From positions 26,028,798 through 26,092,797 of the forward strand of contig OZ316893.1 in assembly GCA_973895155.1 (NCBI GenBank): DNA of 64,000 nucleotides, read 5' to 3'. The first letter of the stretch is position 1. Each line of letters starts with the position of its first letter. The notes under the pieces were generated by a model. That model worked only from the letters and a program-made list of their open reading frames with translations, searched no databases and was not told the DNA's origin. Below are positions 36,001 through 48,632 of this stretch, one piece after another. A program made the position numbers and the translations under genes. This DNA is from Marsupella aquatica. Lineage: Eukaryota; Plantae; Marchantiophyta.

Positions 36001-39000
36001 AACCCACCAGGCACTCAAATATTCTCTGTGGCCCAATCTTGCGCGCATGCACCCATCTCGAAACTAACACGAATTTTCATAACCAATTTGTCAGTCTCTC
36101 GTGCAATTCTGCGATCGTTGAGACTTTGAGTTCATTTTCTCTCATTCTCGCTCATTCTCTCATGGAGCATTTGAGAGAATCTTGTAATTCATTGGGAATC
36201 CAACCATGTGCGTAAACTATACTATGAATATCTAGATACACCCTTGTAAAAACTTAAGTCACAATGGTCAACTGAACTAATCCTTTCTAGTGAGTCTGTG
36301 AGTGCCTTCGTGGTACTCCAGCTGATCTTGGAGAGATCAAATCAATGACTGTTATGTACTTACCTCTAAAGTCCCAATAACCCTAAAATTGTTGCGGAAA
36401 CAACAATGATGATGTGTCGCATAATTATTAATTTGCTATTCTCGTGTGTTCTGTGGGGACACAATCAACTAGTGTAGAATGTGGGGAATACAGTCATGAT
36501 GCGTCTGAATGTGGGAATTCTTGTCCCAAACACACGGATCGAGGATGAATTCTGTTACTTAATGATGAGCTTGATACAGTATGTCTGTACTATGATCTAG
36601 AGTGTGTGGAATTGTTCTTTCCCATCGACCGAACGGGACTGGATGGAGATGCCGTGTGCGAGAACGATATTGACTGGATCGACAGATATTGAACATCAGG
36701 CACACTTTCCTGTCACATTTCGCTGGAGATCACATAAAAAAGCGAAAACGATCAGTGCACTTAAGGATCCCACCGTCGATCGAGACTAGTAATAATTGCC
36801 TTCCTCCTCAACTTTGGGAAGGCTACAGTGGTGGCTCGTGTAAACATTTGCCTGCAGGTCTTCCATTCATAAAGGCTGCAGACACTCTCATTCAGCTTTG
36901 ATACGAACATCCATAATCCTCCAAAAGATGTGGGAAGTTTGCTTGTCCTTGAGGTAGACAAAATAATGGTCGTTTTCCTTGAAGTAGACAAATGATGATG
37001 ATCCTAGAGTATAATTATCCTTTGATTTCGTATGATGAGTGCTCAACCTCGAAAATGATGTTTCCATTGACTAGCAATTGAACCATGGACCATGGTATCT
37101 TTTACACCTTTCATATTCATTGACACCTTTCAGAAAGAAAGTTTGACTTTCATTACTTGATACCCAAAGGAGGAATCTATTGTTTTTGGGTTAATTAGAG
37201 ACTACTTGACATGGCCGGAAAGACCTTTCCAATTAGTCTAATATCTTAGTCCTCATCCAGAAAAAATTCTTCTTGGGTTATCTAGAGATTACTTGGAAAC
37301 TGCTTGGAAAGCTAATCTTCCAACTAGTCTAATATCTCTAGTTTTCAGGAAGAGTTAAGGGAGTTATGACTTTCTACAGATCACTCCGTCTTGTCCTCAG
37401 TTTGAGATTCCAAAAGTTTTGAGCGGCTAACTTTGACGTGTAATATCTTCTTTGATATCCAATGGAATTTGATTATCTTGGGTTTGCTAGAGGAGCTTGG
37501 AAGATCTTTCCGATGAGCCTCATGTCATAGTCAAATTTCATTGAGATTGAGGGACTTGAAAAATGTCAGAAATGACTTGCTTGGTTTCTTGTCACATTTC
37601 ACTCATCTGTGTAATATGAAGTGATTGAGCAGAAAAGAGCCTTTTGTTGCAGTTCATCTGTCACAAAATTTTATTTGAGCATTCTGGCCATGGTCCATCA
37701 GGGCTTCAATTTTGCTCAACCTCATATTTTGTATCTGAAGAATATCAATTCATTGAAAAACAAATCATGCAAGGTTAACAAATTCTAGTAGCACCATATT
37801 TTCCCTCACTGGAGAAATATCCACCTCTTTGTAGCAATTGTTTCCCTCCCCTCAATAGTCAAAACGTGGTTTCAAACCTCGTCATTGTTTTGTCATTTCT
37901 TTCATAAAGCTTGGACTCCTTTGCTGGCTGGCAAACTTGCTGACTATCTGGGCGACAAATACACTACAATCTACCCATGTGAGAACACCTACACGTTTCT
38001 ATAGTAGAAATGGAGGTGATGTACAGACAGTGTTAGAGGCTAGCTACAGTACCTTGCTATGAAGAGGTGCCTAAAAGACTTTGTACATTGATGCTGAACT
38101 GGTAGCTCGTTGTGACTTGCTAGTAATACTCTTTCTCTCACAGTCCTGTTGGCTTGCATCTTACAAAAGGCCTGGTAACCCTGGTAACTCCACATCAAAA
38201 TATGATACATATGGTGTATGACATCCCTCCATACCTTGATAAATTTTGCTATTTTCTTTAAACCAATGAATACACACCATATATTACCCCATAGTTTAAA
38301 CTGGTTGACAAGAACCTGGGTCTGCCATGGTACCAGGCTCCAGCCATTGGGAGTGTGAGGACTCTATTCTCATGGCCCAAAACAACTCATGGAACCGTGA
38401 CTAGAGTTGCAGCCAATGAATACTTTCTGGGCAATTCCAGGCAGGAACACATTGGCGTTGCAAGCAAGTCAATGTCCTGAGGGGCAGGAGTTAGCTCTTT
38501 AGTGGTCTACAGTTTGGCCTGAAAGTTGAGCAAGCAGACGGTTTCCCCTTAACCCAGTGAGTGACATGTAGGATGAATTGGTTCTCAAAAAGATACAGCT
38601 GGGTTCTCAAAGGATACAGCTGCCACTCCTCTTCTAAAGCCTATAGCGATTGCTCATGGGAATACACGTCTAGATATGAATCTAACTGAGTGGGGAGAAA
38701 GGGGGCTTGAGCTCATTATTTGATCTTGTAAATGCCCCCTAGTACTTATTCCAAATACTACTGTAGATTTGTGACCAAAAGTTTTGGTCATAAATTCCTG
38801 AACCAATTCATGTATTGTCCCCACTCACCCACACTCTGGTACCCATGCTAGCCCACACGTTGCCCACCATATTCCATGACTCGTATACCTGGCCCACAAA
38901 ACATCCCCAAATGATGGGTGGTGGTGAACCCAAGGTGAGGCTGAATGCTTCATAGTTCAACAAACAAAAGTTCCAGGCGTGCACTCCCATATCAGCCTAC

Positions 39001-39540
39001 CCTAATTAGGAAGATAAATATGCGTCCATTGTTTGGAAAAATCAAAAATAGTTGAAACGGAATGTACAAAGGATTACTGAGACTTTAGTTAACCATTGGC
39101 AACTAGAACAAACTGATTTGGACATTTTATAACCCCACCTATTGGGCGACCTATTCAACTGTTTAGATCATCTGAAGAGGCAAGGATAATGCAAAATTTC
39201 CTTGTCTAGTTAAGGGCAAAATTTTGTGGGTAGGATGAAATAGCTTTGGCCGTTTGCAACAGAGTGTTGACCCTGAGATCAATCCTTCTAGTGTTTGTTT
39301 TGGGAGGCAAGGGAAACAAGGATTTAGTTTTGCCTGGCCTTCGTTTTTGTTGGGGGCCCTTTCTGACCTCCGTTCACCTGAAGTGGTGCTTATAGTTCCC
39401 CTCTCATCTTTCTCCTTAATACTTCCTTGGTCCACTTGACCCTTGTAGACTCTCTCTATTGTAATCAGATGAGGGCTTTCCCAAGTCCAAGTTTTGGGGT
39501 TGGCTGCTAGCCACAATACGCTAGTGTGGTTTACCCTCAT

Positions 39541-39580
39541 CCCCCCGCCAACACCCCCCCCCCCCCCCCCCCCCCCCCCC
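39541..39580. repeat. Poly-C tract (G-run on the minus strand)
   Basis: More than 25 consecutive C; similar runs at ~42597-42613 (C) and ~46419-46436 (G). Confidence 0.9.
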
Positions 39581-40619
39581 GGCGCCAGAGAGAAAACATT
39601 TTTGGATAACTTAAAACTTGTTGGACACCTTCAATTAAATCCTAGCTAATATGCTATCTGAGCATAACACACAACTTATATAGCTGGAGAATTTGCCCAG
39701 CCCCCTGAACCCTTAACCCCTATGTATCATAAAGTCTGAACGTTTGGGGGTCTGTTGAGTCGAAACTTTTCCAGGGGGGTCTACTAAGCCATTTTTCCAT
39801 GATGAGAAGCGGTTGCATACCGTGAGGAACAGATACTTTTCACATGGGTGTCCAGAAAGAGGGGCAGAAAGGTCTCACATGCACCATATATTTTTAGATA
39901 CTTCGTTTACCAAACGAATATACATGGGCTTCAAGGTCACCAAGAAAGGCAAGATGGTTTAACTACACGGTTAGCTTTTGCTTTTCACCGTGAGCGATGA
40001 TATTTGACAGAGGTCCTTACTTTGTAAATATGCAAACCAATAACAAAAGGTGTAATCATCAACCTGGACACAGTCACCCGGAAAACATGCAATACTTTCA
40101 TTAAATACATGCCACTTTTGGACTTTGCAATCACACAAAAACCAATGCCTCAACTATAATCATACGATACTCTATACTATAATTTGTGATCATGAGTGTT
40201 CATGACCTACTCGGTAGAGTGAACCAATTTACCAAAATTTATCTGGGTAACATAACATTTTTATATCTAGACTATGCTTGAGTAGGGATGGACATTGGGA
40301 CTCTGGATAAGGGAGCCCTTCCTGTGACACACACATGGGTGATGGTTATAGTGATCATAATCAATGAAGGGTCATTCGTTTGTTTTCCTTTTGCCAGTTT
40401 GGCACCGACAGATCAGATAGGATTGCACTTATGCGTCCTCCTACGCATGCACCCCCCTCCCCTTCTCTAAAAAATAACTTGGTTTGTGATTTTCCCTGAA
40501 CTTGTATTTACCTACTTGCCAATAGTGAGAGTTGGACGCATATTAATGCTGAGTTGTTCCTAAAGTCCAACTGGCCAAAAGAGAAGCTGGTCAAAGTTTG
40601 CTATGCTGGCTGGACTACT

Positions 40620-42270
40620 TTATTAAAAGGGCAAACAAATTACAACCAACATAAATAGTCCCGATCTACAAAAAAAGGGCCAAGAAAAGTGCAATAGAGT
40701 AAAAGCAAAAGAGGCCTGGCCAGAGAGGACAACACGCCAAACTCAAAAGAAAAGGGCAAATTCAAACCCACAAACTTAGATAGCAGAAAAAAAGGAAATA
40801 AAGATCTACCACTCCAATAGACGTGTCATGAGCTAAATTAATGGTCCACATCTAATATTGTGAGTAAGTCTGCAAATGGGCACTGGATGCCCAACTAGGA
40901 CGAAGAATTCAAAAACGTCTAGCAAAACTTTGCTTTGGACTGAACAAAGGAGAATGCATTTATTGAAAAAGAGCGGGAAAAAGTCATGGAGAATTACAAT
41001 ATCCAAAAGACATGCAACCTTTTTTTCTTTCATTTTTTTAAACCAAAAAAGGGGCAAGCCCAAAACTTTATTTGTTGGGGCCATACAATGCATCTGTCTG
41101 GGGGAAGGAGACAGGAAGGAACAAAATGAATTAAGGGGGCCATAGGAGAGGAGCACACCCAGAGAAGATAGGGGGCAACCCCCTACCCAGAACGCCAAGA
41201 AGAAGGTGGCAGATCAGAGGAGGGAGGGGGACCTGGAGAAATGTGGCACTAAGCAACCTAACTATGAGGAACAAACTTGCAACCATAAGAACAGACCCAG
41301 GGGCAGCCCAGAGCTCCATCCTCCTCAGATGGCCAAAACCAGTGGATTTTTTAAGGATTTCACTTTTTCGCCAAGGTGGCGAATGTAAACTGTGTCAAGG
41401 AGAAGATGCTCAAAAGATTCTGTATTCAATTATGTTCCTGACCATCAGATCTCCCTAGATTTAAGGCGGACCATTAGATTCTGGCTAATGGGGCCTGGGA
41501 TTAGGTGGAACACTGGCTAATGAGACAGCAAAAAAGTAGCAAATTTTAGCCAAAAGTGGCGAAGGATTTTTGGGGAGGTGGAATCTAGCGAATTTTTGCC
41601 ACTAAAAAAAAACACTGGCCAAAACCTCGGCCACTAGCCACAGAGCCAAATCCCAGTCTACCAGCAGCCAAGACCACACCGATGAGCAATCCCCCATGTC
41701 CAACAGGGAAAAACCAAGGCCCCCCCAAAGCTGGAAGGAGAAAATCCTGGAGAAGAGATGACCCCCCATACAGGGTCACAGAAGGATGATAACGTATTGG
41801 TCAGCGGGACCCTCAAAAGATGGTGAGCGCCACGCGAATAGAGCCAGATCCGTAGATCACCAGAGGGCATAGAGGCAAATTAATTAGAGAGGAGCCTTCC
41901 CGAGTTGGAGCCAAATTATCAGTAAGCCGATATAGCCCAAACCACCAGGTATATGTGGAAGATATTGTCGTGGGTTGGATGGATGAGCCTTGGTGACCAC
42001 AAAAACCTCCAAGTGGGAGAAAAAAACCATGCCGGAACCAACAGCAGAGCTTTCATCAGGAAGAGGGAGAGGCAAAACCGATCAGATGGCCAGCAGCAAA
42101 CTGAATGAGAGTACCGTGCCATAGGAGGCATCCTGACGGCCAAACCAATTTGTCCTTAGTGCCAAAGACCATGAACCAGTGCCCAAGCTTAAAAGACATG
42201 CAACCTTCCATCCTTTTGTATAGCTTTCCATCTGATTTTACCAGGGTAGATAGATGTGCCATTTTGCATG
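40620..42270 (-). mobile_element. Highly decayed non-LTR (L1-like) retrotransposon, ORF2 C-terminal part and 3' UTR
   Basis: Broken minus-strand frames contain ..WRFLWS.. and LPHIPGGLGYIGL, which resemble the FLW...P...GGLG block that follows RT in plant L1 ORF2. Many stops and frameshifts; T-rich minus-strand 3' region near 40620-40800. Confidence 0.4.
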
Positions 42271-43439
42271 GCAGATACTCCCTCTGGACACCATAACTAT
42301 GACAAGTTTGGTTGTATAACTATCAACCAAACTTGGAAGAACGAGGAGGGGATGACTTATATTATCTCTAGCAACCCCTCAGAACTAAACAGGAAAATAT
42401 ATTACACAGAAAGGGCCAAACAAAATACAATGAAGAGCAAACAAAGAAGTCCAAAGTGGACAAACTCAAAACTCCTCAGAACTGGTGCCAAGCTGTGTGC
42501 ACTTCATTTATTTGCCAGCTCTTAGGTGACAGTGCATAAAGAACCACATAATTAGAAATGACGTATCTCCATGACTCTGGCTTATTTGCAAATCCCTCCC
42601 CCCCCCCCCCCCTTTATGACAAAGTAACTTCTGAACAATCAGAGATGAACCGGCTTTGAAAAAACTTTTACTCGTATAGAAAAGAGGCAGGTAAACACTA
42701 TTTATTTATTTATTTATGCTACTCCACTGATTAATTTCCACTTGAGGGTTGCCTGGCCTTTATGGTTGTGTCTTTGACAAAATAGGTTCTTGAGCAAAAA
42801 ATATATGTTTTTTTGGTGGGGAAGAAAGAGAACAAATAAGAATGAATTCAATTGATAAATTGCATTTAGTAAACAATGTAATTATTCATTCCTTCCTTCC
42901 TACTTATTCTTCTCTCAAATTTTCATGTCACTTCTCTTCCAAAAGTGGAACCAATTAGATGTGTCATATCCTTGCAATCAGGTTCTCTTTAGTCCAACAG
43001 GCATTCTTCATCCAACAAAGATTTGTTTTAGTTTGCTTCTATGTGTCCAACAATAGTAGCCAAATTTAGCTATATGAAGACTTTCTATTCCAAGGCAGTA
43101 GCGTGCATTTCTTGGAAGGATAGTGAACCATTCAATGGTGTGACCCTGGAAAAACATACCATCTTGGGCCTTGGGAATTGCACTATGAATTAACATCATC
43201 TACAGTCATTAAGTAGCTTTACAAGAACCCGGCTGCCTGTGTTTTTTTCTATGTTTGAGATGTAATTGTAAATGTGTAAAATGGACAGACTGCACTTCAC
43301 ATAAACTTGGGGACAAAACCATTATGGATCCTAGTAATATGCTGGCGGGCCCTTTTTTACTGATTGAGGTCATTTTTTTCTTCTCGAAAACCAAGAGCAA
43401 GCCCATCCAACAGAGGATAGACGTCCTGCTCTGGAGCAT

Positions 43440-43700
43440 GCAATTCTATGTAGGGTAGCAACAAGGGGACAATACCCATGGGATTGGATCCGACAAGGAC
43501 CTAGGCCAGGAGGGAGAGAGGGTTAATCCTGGGCCCCACAGCGGGCAACCAGAGGCTGAGGAGATAACCAAAGCTCCCACCTCTACACCGACCCACACAC
43601 ACATATACCCTCCACACCCCTTGCGTGTGGAGGGGGGGATTGAACCTGGGATCTCTCAGTTCTAGGATGATCTCCTGGCCAACTGACCAAAGCCAGTACT
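43440..43700 (-). mobile_element. tRNA-derived SINE head (Pol III A/B boxes) plus body; 3' boundary uncertain
   Basis: Minus strand: A-box-like TGGTCAGTTGG (43689-43679) and B-box GGTTCAATCCC (43646-43636), separated by 32 nt as in tRNA genes. Followed by hairpin ccctccacac/gtgtggaggg. No complete cloverleaf seen. Confidence 0.6.
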
Positions 43701-46700
43701 TTATCAAAAACTTAGAGCACCTCTTGAGGTGGACTAAGAGCTAGGTTCCATGAAGGAGGGGCATGTATGTCTACAAAGTTTGGCTACTTTTCGTACATTT
43801 CTTGTCATTTTTGGGAGTCACGTGGCGGGGGGAGTCCCTGAAAAAGATAGTGGGGTAGGGAGTGTGGACTCCCCTCACACTCCTTGATTTTCACCCCTTG
43901 TTACCAGATTAGGTAGTGGCTGGCATTGAAACCGGCTGCAACCTGTCTGTGTGCACCCCGACTATGAAGCACGCATGGCTTGACAGTTTCTTGTTTCCCT
44001 GAGAAAATGTTCTGCGCAAATGGATTGTGAGTGTGGATTGAATGTCTTGATTTCTGAAGGTAATTTTGCAAAGAGAATTTGCACAATTGATCACATCCAC
44101 CTTGCGAGTCTGATATTGTTTCAATCCTCTCACTTGCTGAAGGTATGCGGGAAAGTATGTAAATGTTTTCAATTCTTGAAACTGGTTGTCCATCAGGAAT
44201 GGAAGTGAAAATTTGTTTTGAATTCCATGCAGGCTAGTCGACTCTGTAGCTTGGCTTCAAGTCTCATTGATGGATTACCTCCATCGCAATACCATATAAG
44301 ATCTCACGAGTGACCTAATTCTGTACAATTTGACAGTGAGTCCATATGAATCTTTTTTGCCTCCATTTCGAAGACTCTATGAGTGTGTGCTTTCAATTAT
44401 TGACATACAAAGAAATAACTGAAATCATTTGCAGATGAAGTATATTCTTCAATTTCAGTGTTAAATTGTGTTGAAGCCATTTGCACATAAAATAGCTGAA
44501 GGCATTGCCAATCAAGTCAGGAATCAAGTATTGAATGTCAGTGTTTAATTCAGCTGATTCCTTTCACTGATCAAGTATTTTCACTGAGCCATGCATTTGC
44601 GGATCAAGTTTCTCTGCTCAGCTCAAATCCCATTCCATGGCTCTTTTGTCAAATAATCAAATTCCAACACCTCCCCACTCCTCTGCTGCCTGCCTGTGGT
44701 CTATTCCCATTGCTGATGTCAAGCACGTCGTCAGGAGTCCCAATTATTCTTGTCACCTTTGTCCCAATCACTCACAAAGACCAGATGCAAGACTAGATTT
44801 CTCTTATACTTTTGCATTGTGCTTTTGCCTCTCACCAAACCTTCACAGTGACAACTGAGGAAATTAGCTCGTTTACAAGCTAAGATTCATAGTTGACAGA
44901 GTTCCAGGATTTCTCGTCGAAGCTTTGGGGTTTCTTGTGAGCCTTGTTTGTGGGCTTTTCAACAACTTTGTTTGTGATCAAAGCTCGTTTCATTGTGAGA
45001 ATTGGTACCTGGGAGTTGGGCTCGGACTGCTCCGTAGGGTGTGCATGGGCCCGAGAATGCCCCTGCCCAGTGGTGGGCCCTGCGTGCACCCTTACTCCCC
45101 AGCCATACAAACCCCTCCTGCATGGAACCTAGCTCTAAAGAATAGACACTGGGTTCACTTCTATTTCAGGGTCTTGTATTATCTTCTCACAACCTGACAT
45201 TTGTTTTTGCTTGGGGCACTTTAGCTAGTAAATCGTACTAATAAAGTGCAATGGAAACCTACTCTCCAGGGCTACTGTCTAGAGTCAAGCCCTTGGTAAA
45301 GCCTCTAGACAGTGACTCGAAAAGGATAACTCAAAGTGCATACAGAAAACAGGGATGAGAAGAATGACAAACTGGAAATGATGAGAAGGAATTTTATTTG
45401 CAAGATTTTGTCTCAATCATCTCTATTACATTCAAGGAACGCGTACTAGTCATGCTAGTACAATGAACCTCAGGTTTGCAATGGTAAACAGTCACAATTT
45501 GTGCCTCCAAGTTGTTGTAAAGCCTGCGTTGGTCTTTGCTAGTCAATTAATGTAGGAGTGGGCTAGACTCTCAAAGAAAGTATGTGTGTGGAGGGCCATT
45601 AGTGATTAGACTCAAAGCAATGATTCCTCTGAAAATGCTCATTTAGTTTGTTTGCATTGCTGTACCAGTGAAGCAAGTGGTGGGACCTAGACCACAGACT
45701 GAAATTGAGTATATGTGAGAAGGTAAAAAATTATTGTGTGTATACTTATTAGTTTAGCCCTCTGATCAAACTGGCATGGATCTTGTTAAATTAACTTATG
45801 AAGAAATCTGGGACCAATTTTGAAAAGCAACTTGAGCATGCCAGGGTTTCAACCATTATCACCTTGTCCCAAAGTAAGACCGACCCTTGAACCAGAAACA
45901 CACTCGTGATGCATACCCTTCAATAAATGGGTTTTGGGGCCAGATTCAGCATGGCTTAGGACGGGTTGGTGGCATTTTCACATTATCGAGAGATATGGTC
46001 AATGGCTCCTGGGATAGATCTCAACCATGAGCTATATAAGTTTGGGTGGGATGTGGATTTCAAACCAAAGTTTCCATCACATATGCAGGGTTCTGATTGA
46101 GAAAGCTGCCAAGGGCCATAGTGGCAATTAGGTTAACTTTGTGCAAAACATAATGAAATAAAAAAGTTGGCACGAAGCGCATGAATGTGAGATTTAAAAA
46201 ATGCTGGGCTGAAAATTATGTGGGCAGTTTGGGGGAAATGGGGACGAAAGGAAATATCCAGACACCACAGCCTGAATAAACTTACTTGAGGAGAAATGCC
46301 CAAAGAATGGCACTATTTGTGGAAATTTGTCCTGAACATATGTTTAGGCCAGGACTTCAAAAATTCAGGCCCTTGCCCTTAAGAGTCCTCAAGTATTGCA
46401 ATGAGGACTTGCTGTGGAGGGGGGGGGGGGGGGGGGACAGCATAAAGACTTGCTGAGTCCAAAGACTCCACCTGATCACATAAATGACCTATTTTCTCAA
46501 GACCACCACATGCAAGATGACCCTGAGTTTGGTGTTGGGCACTTATGCACGGTGCACTTATCGAGGACTCCTATGATTCGATCACCCAGCGTATCATACA
46601 CACAGTACCATACAGCACCATACAGTACTGTACAAACGACGGCAGTCTTGCAGTACAATTAATGTTGTACAATCCAAAATACAATACAGTATAGTGTAGT

Positions 46701-47809
46701 GAAGTACAGTATAGTACAGAACCGGTCCAACTGGCAGTCGGACCATCCCGTGATCTCCTACGGTATTCCTGTACAGTGCTACTGCAGTATCCAGTGTGCA
46801 GCAGTGTTTCGTTTGGTGGTCAAAATTCGTTAGATTACACTGTAAACAGTGTTAGCCACATATCTCATTAGCTAGACTTTTGACGGTCGTCTGAAGGATA
46901 ACTCACAATCAATGAAAACTAGATAATAAATATCCTTATCAGATTCTCCTTTGACATTCCTCAAATTGAAGCCAGGTTGGACCACCGTGTCGAGCACAAA
47001 ACTCCTGTGGGTCACATTTTGGTGTTGGTGGTCCTTGGGGGTATGGGGTCCATAATTTGATGATTATGAATCTTCAAATAACAGTTTTGCACTGCACGAT
47101 CACATTTTGGTGGTCAGTGGGGTTTGGGGCCCATATTAGATGTTATGAATCTTCAAATAATAGTTTTGCACCTGCAAGCCAATTAGAGAAGGAGACGACT
47201 GAAAATCACAAGCCCAGATAATTTACATCAACACAATGAAAATTAATCTAATGCAATGTACATGTCTGCATTTTTTGATGAAAAAGATTAAACCAAATAA
47301 CCAAAATCACTGTCACTTTGGATGGAAGTATAACGTACCTACAGTACTCTTCCAACATATCTCTAGACTAGAAATGTTGGAATTCATGCATATCCTTATT
47401 ATAATTAACCTCAAATTTTGGAAAATGTGATCCTTGGGGATTCAATTTCTCACATACCAAGGAAGTTGCGAAAAACCTTAATTAGAAACTACGGAATTGC
47501 AAATACCCTAAAACTTAAACCTTAATTAAAAACTAAGTCAATTGCAAATACCTTAAAAATTACGCGGTTGTATAGAACCCCGTCCGAAACAACAGTGCTT
47601 ACTAGTAAACACACATCAAAATATGATACCAGATGGCAATGTGATAACATATGGTATGCACTATTAATTAAAAAAAAACAATGAAATTTATAAATGTATG
47701 GAGAACTGTCATACAGACATACACCCTATACATCATATTAGCAATAGCGCGGTTGGTAGTTTGGTACACTTGGACCGCGCGGTTGCGCGTACGGTCCAGC
47801 AAGTGTGGA

Positions 47810-47860
47810 GGGCGGGGCGCGGGGCCCAAGAGCGTGACGTCACGAGGCGCAACCCCGCCC
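47810..47860 (+). promoter_or_regulatory. GC-rich proximal promoter of the BTB gene with a palindromic C-box/CRE (TGACGTCA) and GC boxes
   Basis: CGTGACGTCACG, a perfect 12-bp palindrome at 47833-47844, flanked by GGGCGGGGCG and CCCCGCCC, upstream of a GA-rich leader. Confidence 0.5.
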
Positions 47861-48007
47861 AAGGAGGTAGGGGAGGCGGGGGAAGGGGAGGGAGAGAGGG
47901 AGAGAGGGGGGAGTTCGTTTTGCTCGAAGAAAGTGCGAGTGATCAGTGATGAGTGAGGCGTTGAGGCGTTCGGTGTTTGCTGTTCGTGACTCTCTCTTTA
48001 TGTCTTC

Positions 48008-48345
48008 ATGGCGGAAAGGAGCGTGGGAGATTGGAGCACGCTGCGGCCGGAGCGAGCGAGCGACCGCACCGTGATTGGCGTCCGAAGACCGAATCACTCG
48101 TCCCTGTAGAGTAGTGTAGTTTGGTGGTGGACTGGTGGGAGCTCGCTGTGTCGGAGAGAGTAGGCATGGCCGCGCCGGGCGGAGAGGTTCGGCTTGGATT
48201 GATCGGACAAGACAGGGCGAACGACAAAGTGAAGCGACCACAGCCTTTTACGCTTTTCGGTCGTCTCTACTTCCTTTCTTCCCTCCCCGTGAACATCTTT
48301 GAGACTTTGATCGCTCTGCTCCAAATCGTGATCGGAACTGTGTAG
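48008..48345 (+). promoter_or_regulatory. Two upstream ORFs in the presumed long 5' leader of the BTB gene
   Basis: ATG48008-TAG48109 (33 aa) and ATG48166-TAG48345 (59 aa), both followed by +4 G. The transcription start is not known. Confidence 0.4.
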
Positions 48346-48632
48346 CACTGCAGTAGCAGTACTTGTGTAGATAGAAGAGCTGTACCGATCGAGAGGGAGC
48401 GCCTCCATTCGTCGTCCCCCATCGCAGGCGAGAGTTGCGAGATCAGAGGGAAGGACTGAAGGAGGGAGAAGAGAAGCTGGACGAGAGGACGTTGCAGGAA
48501 AAAGAGAAGGAAAGATAGGAGCAACAGTTTTGGTGGGACTAGATTGATTGGTGTTTGGTACTTTTGCTGCGGGAAGATAAGCTGAGATAGATAGATAGCG
48601 GAGCTTGAGGGTCTGGACTGGACTGCAACCTC

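Noticed and set aside
43630-43700. Functional tRNA gene
   Set aside because: A and B boxes are present, but acceptor and anticodon stems do not pair convincingly; treated as a SINE head.
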